Positions 28,308-37,262 of a DNA stretch of 64,000 nt are shown here, in pieces; positions within the stretch are counted from its first letter, which is position 1; the number at the start of each line of letters is the position of its first letter. The DNA is taken from the NCBI GenBank assembly GCA_035477595.1, contig DATIKM010000038.1:7050-71049 (forward strand), read 5' to 3'. This DNA comes from Chthonomonadales bacterium. Its GTDB lineage: Bacteria > Armatimonadota > Chthonomonadetes > Chthonomonadales > CAJBBX01. Made by a program: the position numbers and the translations under genes. Under the pieces are notes generated by a model, which ran no database searches, was not told the origin of the DNA, and worked only from the letters and a program-made list of their open reading frames with translations.

Positions 28308-28334
28308 GGTTCACGCTCGCGACGAGCGTGAACC
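28308..28334. repeat. Perfect inverted repeat / hairpin in intergenic region
   Basis: GGTTCACGCTCG-CGA-CGAGCGTGAACC has perfect 12-nt arms. It lies in the 331-bp gap between the alkaline phosphatase stop (28470) and the DUF1549/1553 start (28138), both on the minus strand. Confidence 0.6.
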
Positions 28335-28469
28335 ACCCGTCCGCCGTGGGAATGCGCCCCGCGTGGGCGCGTCGACTGGGCAGGGGCAATCCGCGCTCGC
28401 GCTCGTCTGGAGCTCGCGACACGCGCACCCCTGCCACCGGGCGCATTTGGTCACCGCAGGGAACTGGCG

Positions 28470-29645
28470 CTAAGGTGCTCTGGCCGCTGACCCGGTCCGC
28501 TCCCCGCGCGAGACCGGCGCGGGCTCATCCAGGCGCAACCGCCACAGGCGGGCGATGCGTCGTGGCACATCCGTGTTGTCGAGCACCCCGCTGAAGAGGC
28601 GCGCGCCTGGCCCCTCCGCCAGCAGCGGCACATCGGCGCCGGAGTGCCCTTCGGTGCCCCAGGCAACCCTGAACTCCGCTGGGCTCCCGCTGGCGGGCGC
28701 GACCACCGACAGGCCGCCCGTCTCATGGTCCGAAGTGACGATCACCAGCGTGTCGCCGCGCTTGCGAGCGAACTGCAGCACCGTGCGCACCGCCTCGTCG
28801 AACACCAACATCTCGCGGACGGTGGCGGGAGCATCGTTCTCATGGCTGGTCCAGTCGATCAGCCCATTCTCGACCAGCAGGAAGAAGCCTCTAGAGTCCC
28901 GCGAAAGCAGTTGGAGCGCATCAGCGGTCAGCTCCGGGAGCGTCGGGCCTGGTCCGCCGGGCATAAGTGCGTTCGGCGCGAAGAGCCCAAGGACACGACG
29001 CCCCTGCACGCGCTGCAGCTCCTCGCGCGTCCGTACCACGGCGTGTCCTGCCGCGCGCGCCTCCGCCAGGAGATCGCGGTCGTCGGTCCGCCGGCTCCCG
29101 GCCGTCGAGCGCGGCACGAAGAGGCTCTCGCCGCCCCCGAGCAGCACGTCCACCTCTCCTCGGCTCACGAACTGCGCCGCGATCTCGCTCTCCTCGCGCC
29201 GCGATGCTACGTGCGTGGCGAACGCTGCCAGTGTGGCGTGGGTGACCGTGACGTCGGTCACCATTCCCGTGGCGCGCCCCGAAGCCGCCGCAGCCTGCAA
29301 CACTGTTCGCACCGGGCGGCCGTCAGGCAGCACGCCGATCATGCCGCTGTTCGTCTTGTGGCCGGTGGCGAGGGCGGTGGCGGCGGCGGCGCTGTCCGTG
29401 ATGATGCCCCTTCCTCTGCCAGGTCCGGCGGAGCTCGTCTTCAGGAAGCCCGCTACCGGCATGCTGTCCATAGCAAGGGTGGCATCTGGCGCGCCCAACG
29501 ATAGCCTCGCAAGTGTGGTATGACCGAACCCCATGCCGTCGCCTATGAGCAGCACCACGTTGCGCGGAGCCCTCTCCGCGGAGGCCGAGGTTGCCAGCAA
29601 GGCGAGGAGCAGGCATGCGACGGCGAACGGCCGGCTGCGTGTCAT
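28470..29645 (-). CDS. Alkaline phosphatase (PhoA family), secreted
   Basis: Signal peptide is MTRSRPFAVACLLLALLATSASA. Family blocks are NVVLLIGDGMGFGHTT, ITDSAAAATALATGHKT, VTSDHETGG and EGHSGADVP. Its ATG overlaps the upstream gene's stop (ATGA). Confidence 0.88.
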   Translation of the reverse strand: MTRSRPFAVACLLLALLATSASAERAPRNVVLLIGDGMGFGHTTLARLSLGAPDATLAMDSMPVAGFLKTSSAGPGRGRGIITDSAAAATALATGHKTNSGMIGVLPDGRPVRTVLQAAAASGRATGMVTDVTVTHATLAAFATHVASRREESEIAAQFVSRGEVDVLLGGGESLFVPRSTAGSRRTDDRDLLAEARAAGHAVVRTREELQRVQGRRVLGLFAPNALMPGGPGPTLPELTADALQLLSRDSRGFFLLVENGLIDWTSHENDAPATVREMLVFDEAVRTVLQFARKRGDTLVIVTSDHETGGLSVVAPASGSPAEFRVAWGTEGHSGADVPLLAEGPGARLFSGVLDNTDVPRRIARLWRLRLDEPAPVSRGERTGSAARAP

Positions 29646-32083
29646 CGACGCGATCTCCCTTCGGTGGGCCGCGCCGGTCGGGCGCGGCCAGGCGTGCTCA
29701 CGACGCGCCGCTCAGCGCACAGGAAACCGTAGATCGCGGCGGCCGGACCCAGATTCTGGTGTACGGTGAACTCGCTGCCCAGGGGCGAGCACCGGTTGCT
29801 GAACCAGCGCTCGTTGCCTGGCCAAGCATCGATCGACGGGTGGAGCGTCTTGTTCGGCCAGTCGTGGTCCCATGGACCGACACCTTCCTGTCGCTCCCTC
29901 CTCCACGGGCTATACGGGATCAGCCCCGGATGGAACCGCCCCTTCCCGTTGTACCACGCATCCATGTGGAATATCTGGGTGGGGAAGCGTGGGCCGATGC
30001 CGGTGACCCACGTCTGGTTCAGGCTGTTCGTCCCCAGGAAGTAGTCGCAGGTCGTGTAGAGCGCGCCGAGGTAGCGCCGCGCGCGCTCCGGATCCGTGCG
30101 CCGCACGAGCGTGTAGCCAACCACACCCTCAAGCACCAGCGGGGTCGTCTGCTGCCCCACCAGCATGGGGAACCACCAGTTACCGCCCCACCGCAGGGCG
30201 CGCCGGGCCGGCGTGCGCAGGAGGCTCTCGTCCGCGGTGTTCAGCAGAGCCGCGCGCAGACGCTCCACGAGCGCCCCGTCCCGCCTGCCAGGCCCGCCTC
30301 CGAGCACGTAGACCGCCGGCCCGTAACAGGCGTGCTCCCAGAGCAGCGAGGTCGGCGTCACGTGAGCCACGTCGCGCGTGAGGCGCTCCTCGTAAGCCAC
30401 GTCGCCCGTCAACCGGAACAGGGAGGCCGCCGCATAGGACCTCGCGTTGGCCAGCTCGCTGCCCGGCGAATCATCGTCGCCGGGCCCCGTGTTCGCCAGC
30501 GCCCACGCCCACGATTCCTGCGCCTCGCGCGCCCAGCCTATACCCCCAGGATCGCGCCTTACGCCAGCCAGCCGCAGGCAGTAGGCGAGATGCGCGGCTA
30601 CGCCCGCGTACCGGAAGGTTGAGAGGGGGTCCTCTCCCGAGACCATGTAGACGCGGTCCGTGTCCTCCCACGAGCCGCGTCCGAACTTCGTGCCGTCGGG
30701 GCGGGTACCCTCGTCCGTCCCGAACGCGTCGCCCGCAACCCGGAGGCCCACTCCGCCCGTGCCCCAGCCCTTGCGCTTCAGCTCCGCCCGCAGCCGCTCA
30801 CAGAAGCGCGGCAGCCAGGCCGCCTCGTCAAGGATGTCAGGCACGCCGTTGCCGCTCTCAGGGATGTTCAGTTCCCCGTCCGTGAACTTGCGCGGACCCA
30901 TCTCGTAGACCAGCAGCAGCTCCTGCGGCACCCGGAAGTGGGTCGGGTAGCTGTCCCAATCGCCGGCGTCCTGATACCATCCCCACGCGTCCTCGAGCGT
31001 CCCTGGCGACTCAGCCATCAGCCTCTGGGCATCGCCGCCCTCGCTTCCCCACTCCTGCACACGGACACGTGTGTACCGGAGCTTCCCGGCGAACTCGGGC
31101 GTGAGACGCGGGTTGTGCGGCGCGGGGCGCTCGAACTCGGTGTGAGGCCTCGTTAGCGCGATGCCCGACCGGTTGTGGTAGAGGGCGCGCGCCACGGCGC
31201 GGAACACCGGCCTGTACACATCGTCGTCCAACCGGAACGGCCACGAGCAGCCAACTCCCTCCACCTCCACGACATAGGCGCCTGGCCGCCTGAACGCCGA
31301 GAAGTCGCACTCCGCCACATCGGCGCCAAGGAAGCTGCCGTGAGGCGGGGAGTCGGAGATGTGACTGGTCTCCTGCGCGTCGCGCCCCATCCGGAAGCGG
31401 ACCATCCCGCTGAACACGCGGCGCCCGTTGGCGCGATCAACCACGTGGAAGCGTCGGCCTGCCAGAGCGCGCACGTCGAGCGGGCCGCCGTCGCCCATCC
31501 AGTGGTACACGTAGGCGAACTTCTGAGGAGCGGCGGGCACGTACCCCAGCGTGTTCACGTGCACCGCCTCGGAGCGGGCGCGCGCGGTGACGAAGCGCAG
31601 GCGCCAGGTCGACCCGTTGCGCGCCAGACCGCCGGTGCCGATGCTGTAAGACCGCCCCTGCCGGAGCGGCTCGGGCAGCTCGAGGTAGAGCCAGTGCTCC
31701 GCGGCATGGTCCGGCCGGGTGTTCACGGCGCGTCCGTCGATCCACTGGTCGACGAACCAGGCGAACTCCGTTCCCTTCGACTTGCGGAAGACGCGCACCG
31801 GCCTCCGGCCGGTGCGGTAGGCGGTGTCGTCGGTTGAGGAGATCGTGTAGCTCTCGGCTCGCATGGCCGCGGTGACGTCGAGCGGATTCACCGTCACCGT
31901 CTCCGCGCTGCGAGGCTCACCCCGGCGGTGTGGCGTGACATAGCCGTCGTCGAAGTGCACCATCGCGATTCGATCCGTTAGCGGTTGAACCGCGACGACG
32001 CCCGACCCGCGGGTGACGCGGCTAAGCGACAGGGCGGCGAGCGCCACGAACTCGCGGCGCGCCATGCAGTGCCAGGCTCGCAC
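29642..32083 (-). CDS. Glycoside hydrolase, GH9-like (alpha/alpha)6 barrel with N-terminal Ig-like domain
   Basis: I prefer GTG 32083, which lies 7 nt after AGGAG and gives a leader MRAWHCMARREFVALAALSL. An N-terminal beta domain is followed by WGWYQDAGDWDSYPTHF (GH9 'GGWYDAGD' block), and then SEFTVHQNLGPAAAIYGFL near the C-terminus. The family call is tentative. Confidence 0.6.
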   Translation of the reverse strand: MRAWHCMARREFVALAALSLSRVTRGSGVVAVQPLTDRIAMVHFDDGYVTPHRRGEPRSAETVTVNPLDVTAAMRAESYTISSTDDTAYRTGRRPVRVFRKSKGTEFAWFVDQWIDGRAVNTRPDHAAEHWLYLELPEPLRQGRSYSIGTGGLARNGSTWRLRFVTARARSEAVHVNTLGYVPAAPQKFAYVYHWMGDGGPLDVRALAGRRFHVVDRANGRRVFSGMVRFRMGRDAQETSHISDSPPHGSFLGADVAECDFSAFRRPGAYVVEVEGVGCSWPFRLDDDVYRPVFRAVARALYHNRSGIALTRPHTEFERPAPHNPRLTPEFAGKLRYTRVRVQEWGSEGGDAQRLMAESPGTLEDAWGWYQDAGDWDSYPTHFRVPQELLLVYEMGPRKFTDGELNIPESGNGVPDILDEAAWLPRFCERLRAELKRKGWGTGGVGLRVAGDAFGTDEGTRPDGTKFGRGSWEDTDRVYMVSGEDPLSTFRYAGVAAHLAYCLRLAGVRRDPGGIGWAREAQESWAWALANTGPGDDDSPGSELANARSYAAASLFRLTGDVAYEERLTRDVAHVTPTSLLWEHACYGPAVYVLGGGPGRRDGALVERLRAALLNTADESLLRTPARRALRWGGNWWFPMLVGQQTTPLVLEGVVGYTLVRRTDPERARRYLGALYTTCDYFLGTNSLNQTWVTGIGPRFPTQIFHMDAWYNGKGRFHPGLIPYSPWRRERQEGVGPWDHDWPNKTLHPSIDAWPGNERWFSNRCSPLGSEFTVHQNLGPAAAIYGFLCAERRVVSTPGRARPARPTEGRSRR

Positions 32084-32280
32084 AGGACTTCTCCTAATAG
32101 GGAGTGGACCGGGCTGGCGACCTCTGCCTAAGCGTACCCGCACGACGCGCGCCCACGTCATCCGCACGGGTTTGCGCCGCATGGCAGGCGTGCCACGCTG
32201 CCGCGGTGAACTTGCCGCGGGCGTTCGCGTCCAACGCTAGCGGGGCTGCAAGAGCCGGCAGCGCCCCGGAAGGGTGACCA

Positions 32281-32862
32281 ATGATGGCAGGGGAAGCCGC
32301 GCGCGGAGCGCTGTCGCTGCGGACGCCGCTCACTGACGAAGAGATCGCGGAGCTGCAACTACTCGGGATGCTGGGCGCCGACGGCGAGCGGGCGCCCGCC
32401 CCGACCGGCCTGAGCCGTGAGCGCGTCGAGCGCAAGACGATCGAGGCGCACGACGTGTTGAACGAGGCCTACACGTACGCCCGGCCCTCTTCGTTCTCGC
32501 GCGGCCTGCGGGTACCCGTTGGCCCGGTCACCCTCCTGCTCATCTCGGGCACCGCCAGCATCGACGAGGCCGGCCGCTCTGTCCATATAGGCGACTTCCG
32601 CGCGCAGTGCTGGCGCACCTACCGCAACATCACGCGTCTGCTCCAGTCCGAGGGCGCCACGTGGCAAGACGTGGTGAGGTGCACCTGCTACCTGCGCGAC
32701 ATCGAGCGCGACTATCGCGACTTCAACGAGGTGCGCACCGCGTTCTTCGACTGGCTCGCACTCGACCCGCTGCCCGCGAGCACCGGCATCCAGGCGCGCC
32801 TCTGCCGCGAGGAGCTGCTGGTAGAGATCGAGTCGATGGCCGTGCTGCCCGCCGGCCGATAG
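32281..32862 (+). CDS. RidA/YjgF/TdcF-family (Rid) protein with N-terminal extension
   Basis: LISGTASIDEAGRSVHIGDFRAQCWRTYRNITRLLQSEGATWQDVVRCTCYLRDI..DY.DFNEVRTAFF...PASTGIQARL is the typical Rid/endoribonuclease L-PSP core. Confidence 0.75.
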   Translation: MMAGEAARGALSLRTPLTDEEIAELQLLGMLGADGERAPAPTGLSRERVERKTIEAHDVLNEAYTYARPSSFSRGLRVPVGPVTLLLISGTASIDEAGRSVHIGDFRAQCWRTYRNITRLLQSEGATWQDVVRCTCYLRDIERDYRDFNEVRTAFFDWLALDPLPASTGIQARLCREELLVEIESMAVLPAGR

Positions 32863-32986
32863 GCTCGCACGGTCCGAGCTCGCCCGCTCCGCACCACGCG
32901 CCGCGCAACCGCCCTCCGCCTGCCAGAGGCGGATGAACGTGCAGTGCCGTCTGCAGGCGCCGTACGGATCGGATCAGCGCAGCGGT

Positions 32987-33628
32987 TCAAGCTGTGCGAG
33001 AGTGAAGCTGGTGGGCGGATGCGGCGGCGGTGGGTCGCAGTGCGTCCGGCGGACCATCTGCCTGCAGGCATGCAGGGCGTCCTCGCCGCGCAGCGCCCAG
33101 GTCTGGAAGCGGCTGCAGACGCTGGCCCGTGTGTCTGATCCCTTCGGGCTGAGCGGTCCTCCGCTGACTTTGCGCCCGATGATAAACGGACGGACAGGTA
33201 GCGCGCTCGGTGGCGTTGTGGTCCCGCAGGCGCGCTGGCGTGCTCGACGAGGAGGTGTCGATGACCTGACGGCTGGCATGCACCCGTCCGCCGGAGAGCT
33301 TCCCGCCGCACTCCGAGCAACTCCCAGGAGCGTGCTCCACCACCGCACTCGGCGCCTCCCGACGCAGGGCATGGCAGTGAGGACGAGGTCTGCGTTCCTT
33401 CGTGGGACGCTCCGGAGGGTTCGGCTTCCCGAACGGCGGGGCAGCCTGAGCGAGCGGCCGCTCCGCTTGACGGGCGGACGACGGTGGATCGCCTCCCCTG
33501 CCCGGCGGGCGGGCGACGGTGGATCGCCCCCCTGCCCGGCGGGCAACCTCCTCCTCCAACTGGCGGATGCGCGCCCGCCGCATCTCGACGAGGGACAGCC
33601 ACCCCTCCATCCGATGCCGCGGATGCAC
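32987..33628 (-). mobile_element. IS66-family transposase N-terminal fragment (degenerate, lacks DDE domain)
   Basis: The frame reads EMRRARIRQLEEEV (coiled coil), then GDPPSSARQ (compare the IS66 'SSKPPSSD' block), then PHCHALRREAPSAVVEHAPGSCSECGGKLSG...ASRQVID (IS66 zinc-finger block 'GH.GH.r...pd.vveh.P..C..CG..L...RQV.Dlp'), then PEGIRHTGQRLQ. Only about 210 aa remain and no catalytic domain follows. Stop-free alternative frames and an internal 35/34-nt duplication indicate decay. Confidence 0.6.
33471..33544. repeat. Direct tandem duplication, 35 nt + 34 nt + partial third unit
   Basis: Copy 1 (33471-33505) is CGGGCGGACGACGGTGGATCGCCTCCCCTGCCCGG. Copy 2 (33506-33539) is CGGGCGGGCGACGGTGGATCGCC-CCCCTGCCCGG, differing by 1 substitution and 1 deletion. 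CGGGC then follows. The period is not a multiple of 3. Confidence 0.9.
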
Positions 33629-33860
33629 CCCCAGCTCGCGCTATCGCTCGGGCGTCAGGGCGCCGAAGGGCCCCTGGAACCCCGATGCAACACACACTAC
33701 TCGAATGGCTCCGTTCTCTAGGCCATCTTTGCCACCTTGCTCAAACTCACACAGCCCAGACTGTTACGCTGGTGGTGCGAGGCAGGGGAATGCACCCGCG
33801 AGTGTCGAAATAATGCGGAGCGCTGGAGCGTGCCTGCACGGCGCGATAGGAGGTCGGTGT

Positions 33861-35162
33861 ATGCCGGAACCGGGTCGCATTGATCGGAGGGAGTTCTTCC
33901 GCACCGCAGCAGTTGGCGCGGGGGCGGCGCTGTTCTCGGTAGCGCCGGCCAGCGCGCTCGGGCGCGGCGGCTCGATCGCTCCCAGCGAACGCATCGTGGT
34001 GGGCTGCATCGGCATGGGCAGCATGGGAATGGGCAACCTGGGCGCCTACCTGGGCCAGCACGACACGCGCGTCGTCGCTGTGTGCGACGTGGACCGCAAC
34101 CGATGCCGTGACGCGAAACAGAACGTCGACCGCCACTATGGCAACTCGGACTGCCGGGCCTACCACGACTTCCGCGAGCTGATCGCGCGGTCTGACATCG
34201 ACGTGGTCGTGCTCTCCACGCCCGATCACTGGCACGGCGTGCCGGCGGTGATGGCGATGAACGCGGGCAAAGACATCTATGGCGAGAAGCCTATCGGCCA
34301 TTTCCTGACCGAGGGACGGGTAATGGCAGACGCGGAGCGCAGGAACGGCCGCATCTGGCAGACCGGGAGTTGGCAGCGCTCCCTGGGGAACTTCCGCTTC
34401 GCTTGCGAGCTCGTGCGCAACGACCGCCTCGGAAAGGTCGTGCGCATCGAGGTCGGGCTGCCCGCAGGCGGCGGCATCGGACCCGTGGAGTTCAAGGATC
34501 CGCCGCCGCACTTGGACTACGACTTCTGGGTTGGTCCTTCGCGGATGCTGCCCTATGCCGACCAGCGGACGCACTGGAACTGGCGGTGGCAGCTCGACTA
34601 CGGCGGAGGCCAGATGATGGACTGGATTGGCCACCACGGTGACATCGCCCACTGGGCCATGGACTGGGACGCGACCGGGCCGTTGGAGGTCGAAGGGACC
34701 GGCGAGTATCCGACGCAGGGCATCTGGGACGCGGCGACGACCTACTACTTCGTGTGCAAGTACGCCGGCGGCGTCGAGATGCACGTCGCGAACGGCGGCA
34801 ACCGCGGCGTCCGCGGCGGCACGCGGTGGATCGGCGCCAACGGATCGTGGATATGGGTGGACCGCGGGGGTATCGACGCCGAGCCGAAGAGCCTGCTCAG
34901 GGAGACGATCGGCCCCGACGAGACGCAGCTCTACCGGAGCCCCGGCCACCATCGCGAGTTCCTCGAGTGCGTGAAGTCGCGCCGCAGCACGATCACCCCG
35001 GCCGAGGTCGCCCACCGCTCCGCGTCGGTCGGACACCTGGGACAGATCGCCATGCTACTGGGCCGCAAGATCCGGTGGAACCCGGTGACGGAGCAGGTGA
35101 TCGGCGACCCGACCGCCCAGCGGATGCTCTCCAGGCCGATGCGCTCCCCGTGGCGGCTGTAG
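33861..35162 (+). CDS. Tat-exported Gfo/Idh/MocA family oxidoreductase
   Basis: ATG 33861 follows GGAGG. The leader is IDRREFFRTAAVGAGAALFSVAPASALG. Family blocks are VGCIGMGSMGMGN, LSTPDHWHG and DIYGEKP. It is similar throughout to the 18724 and 37263 proteins. Confidence 0.85.
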   Translation: MPEPGRIDRREFFRTAAVGAGAALFSVAPASALGRGGSIAPSERIVVGCIGMGSMGMGNLGAYLGQHDTRVVAVCDVDRNRCRDAKQNVDRHYGNSDCRAYHDFRELIARSDIDVVVLSTPDHWHGVPAVMAMNAGKDIYGEKPIGHFLTEGRVMADAERRNGRIWQTGSWQRSLGNFRFACELVRNDRLGKVVRIEVGLPAGGGIGPVEFKDPPPHLDYDFWVGPSRMLPYADQRTHWNWRWQLDYGGGQMMDWIGHHGDIAHWAMDWDATGPLEVEGTGEYPTQGIWDAATTYYFVCKYAGGVEMHVANGGNRGVRGGTRWIGANGSWIWVDRGGIDAEPKSLLRETIGPDETQLYRSPGHHREFLECVKSRRSTITPAEVAHRSASVGHLGQIAMLLGRKIRWNPVTEQVIGDPTAQRMLSRPMRSPWRL

Positions 35163-35197
35163 GCGCCGCGCAGACGACGGAAAGGACCCGAACAGGT

Positions 35198-37231
35198 ATG
35201 AGGTCGATTCGATCATCCGTGTGGGCGCTGGTCCTCCTCACATGCATCGCGGGGCAGCAGACGCTCGCGCAGAGCGATCCCTACGACGCGCTCCGCTCCT
35301 TTGACAACCAGAACCGCGTCGCCAGCGAGGCGATCCGCGCGCAGATCGTCGCCGCAGGGCGCGATGCGGCGGCGCTGGCGCGCGTGGAGGCGAGGCTGGC
35401 GGCGGTGCTCGCCGACCCGGCGACCACGCTCGCAGGCAAGCAGGAGGCGTGCCGGCTGCTCTGGCCGATCGGGACGGAGCGCTCCGTGCCGGCGCTCGCG
35501 AGACTGCTTGCGGCTGACGAGACCGCCGACATGGCGCGCTACGCGCTGGAGCGCAACACGACGCCCGCCGCAGCCCGGGCCCTTCGTGTCGCAGCGGCGG
35601 GCGCCACCGGCCGGCGACTCGTCGGGATTATCAACACCATCGGCGAGCGGCGCGATGCCGCCGCCGTGCCGCTGCTGCGCGGCCTGGTCCGCTCGCGGTT
35701 CCCGGAAGTGCACGACGCGGCGGTTGCTGCCCTGGGCAAGATCGGCACGCCCGCCGCAGTGGCCGTGCTGCGCTCGCGCCCGATAGCGAACCCCGAGGTG
35801 GCCCAGGCAATGCTGCAAGCCGCTGAGCGGCTGGCGGCCGCGGGCGACAGGCGGGGCGCCCTCGCGGTGCTCCGCCAGCTTGTCGGCCCGCCCCATGCGG
35901 TCACCACGCGCGGCGCGGCGCTGCACCGCCTGGCGGGTCTGGAGGGACCGGCGGCGGTCGGCGCCGCGCTTGCCGCCGCGAGGTCCGGCGATGCCTATCT
36001 GGCGCCCGTCGCGGCCCGGATCGCCGGCTCGCTTGCCGGCCCGGCGGCCACCCGCGCGTGCGTCCAGGTGCTCCCCGCCCTCCCGGAGGCGGTCCGAACG
36101 GTCATGCTCCTCGCGTTGGCGGACCGACGCGAGCCGGCGGCGCTCCCGTATGCCCTGCAGGCGATCAGGTCGGAGAGCGAGGCGCTTCGCCTCGCGGGTA
36201 TCCGCACGGCGGCGGCGATCGGAGGCGCGCGGGCAGTGCCGGCGCTGGCGGAGGTGGCGGGAGGCACGCGGCAACCGGACCGGGGGGTCGCGCGCGAGGC
36301 GCTCGCGGGTATGGGCGGCAGGCCGGTCGAGGATGCGATCATCGCCGCGGGGCGCACAGGCACGCCCGAGGTGCGCGCCGCCATGATGGCCGTGCTTGCT
36401 GAGCGCCCGAGCCCGGCCGCGACCGGCGCGCTGGTCCAGGCTTCCGGTGGCGAGCCCGCGTCGGTGGCCGCCGAGGCGACGCGGTCGCTCGGACGCGTCG
36501 GTGGCAGCGCTCAACTGCCCGGCCTGTTCCGCCTGCTGGTGGGCGGGAGTAGCGAACAGGTGCGCGAGGCGGCGCAGTCCGCCTTCATCGCAGCGGCGCA
36601 GCGGCTGGGCGAGCGGGACAGCGCGGTCGGGCAGGCGACCGCTGCCATGGCCGCCGCGCCTGCCGACACCAAGACCGCGCTGATCTCCGTGATGGCGGAG
36701 CTCGGCGGCGACGCGGCGCTCCGGGAGCTGGAGGCGGCGACGCGATCCGGCGACGAGGACGTAAAGCATGCCGCAGTCGTGGCGCTTGCCGACACCTGGG
36801 CCGACGCGCGCCCCATGGGCACGCTCCTGGGCATCGCCAGGGAAGACCCCTCGAGGTCGCTCCGCGTGCAGGCGCTGCGGGGCTACCTGCGCCTTCTCGC
36901 GCAGGCGGACCGATCAGCCGCTGAGGAGAAGGTCGGCAAGGTTCGGGAAGCCCTCGCCGCCGCGGTGCGTCCCGAGGAGAAGCGACAGGCCCTCGGGATC
37001 CTCAGGGAGTGCCGCACGGAGTCCTCCATCGAGCTGGCGGCATCGCTCATGGATGACCCGGCTCTGCTCGAGGAGGCGGCCAGCACCGTGCTATACCTGG
37101 CTGCGCCGCAGAGGGTCGAGAACCGCGAGCTGGTGGCCGTGCGGGGCCCGCGCGCGACGGCTGCGCTCGACCGCGTGATCGAGAAGGCGACCGACAACAA
37201 CCAGAGAGAGCTGGCCCGCCGGCTGCGCTGA
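35198..37231 (+). CDS. Secreted HEAT-repeat protein (paralog of 20116-22683, without DUF1080)
   Basis: Signal peptide is MRSIRSSVWALVLLTCIAGQQTLAQ. It shares the exact motif IGTERSVPALA and the same repeat order (RRLVGIINTIGERRD, ALGKIGTPAAV) with the other HEAT protein. It ends without a lectin-like domain. Confidence 0.75.
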   Translation: MRSIRSSVWALVLLTCIAGQQTLAQSDPYDALRSFDNQNRVASEAIRAQIVAAGRDAAALARVEARLAAVLADPATTLAGKQEACRLLWPIGTERSVPALARLLAADETADMARYALERNTTPAAARALRVAAAGATGRRLVGIINTIGERRDAAAVPLLRGLVRSRFPEVHDAAVAALGKIGTPAAVAVLRSRPIANPEVAQAMLQAAERLAAAGDRRGALAVLRQLVGPPHAVTTRGAALHRLAGLEGPAAVGAALAAARSGDAYLAPVAARIAGSLAGPAATRACVQVLPALPEAVRTVMLLALADRREPAALPYALQAIRSESEALRLAGIRTAAAIGGARAVPALAEVAGGTRQPDRGVAREALAGMGGRPVEDAIIAAGRTGTPEVRAAMMAVLAERPSPAATGALVQASGGEPASVAAEATRSLGRVGGSAQLPGLFRLLVGGSSEQVREAAQSAFIAAAQRLGERDSAVGQATAAMAAAPADTKTALISVMAELGGDAALRELEAATRSGDEDVKHAAVVALADTWADARPMGTLLGIAREDPSRSLRVQALRGYLRLLAQADRSAAEEKVGKVREALAAAVRPEEKRQALGILRECRTESSIELAASLMDDPALLEEAASTVLYLAAPQRVENRELVAVRGPRATAALDRVIEKATDNNQRELARRLR

Positions 37232-37262
37232 GCGGCGAGCGGGCCCTGACAGAGGGAGCGCC

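Noticed and set aside
32084-32182. Longer N-terminus for the GH9-like gene (ATG at 32182 or 32065)
   Set aside because: The extension upstream of 32083 is Arg-rich with no RBS. The ATG at 32065 has its nearest AGGAG 25 nt away. GTG 32083 lies 7 nt after AGGAG and yields a plausible export leader. The alternative starts remain possible.
32712-33695. 327-aa minus-strand ORF (and 32933-33721 plus, 32974-33546 minus) as real genes
   Set aside because: All frames are open over the decayed IS66 relic. Only the 32987-33628 frame carries recognisable transposase motifs. The 327-aa frame also overlaps the 3' end of the Rid-family gene.
20116-37231. HEAT-repeat genes as DNA-level tandem repeats or a variable-repeat system
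   Set aside because: The periodicity is only at the protein level (degenerate Ala/Leu-rich helices). I could not find long identical DNA units within or between the two genes beyond short motif-encoding stretches.
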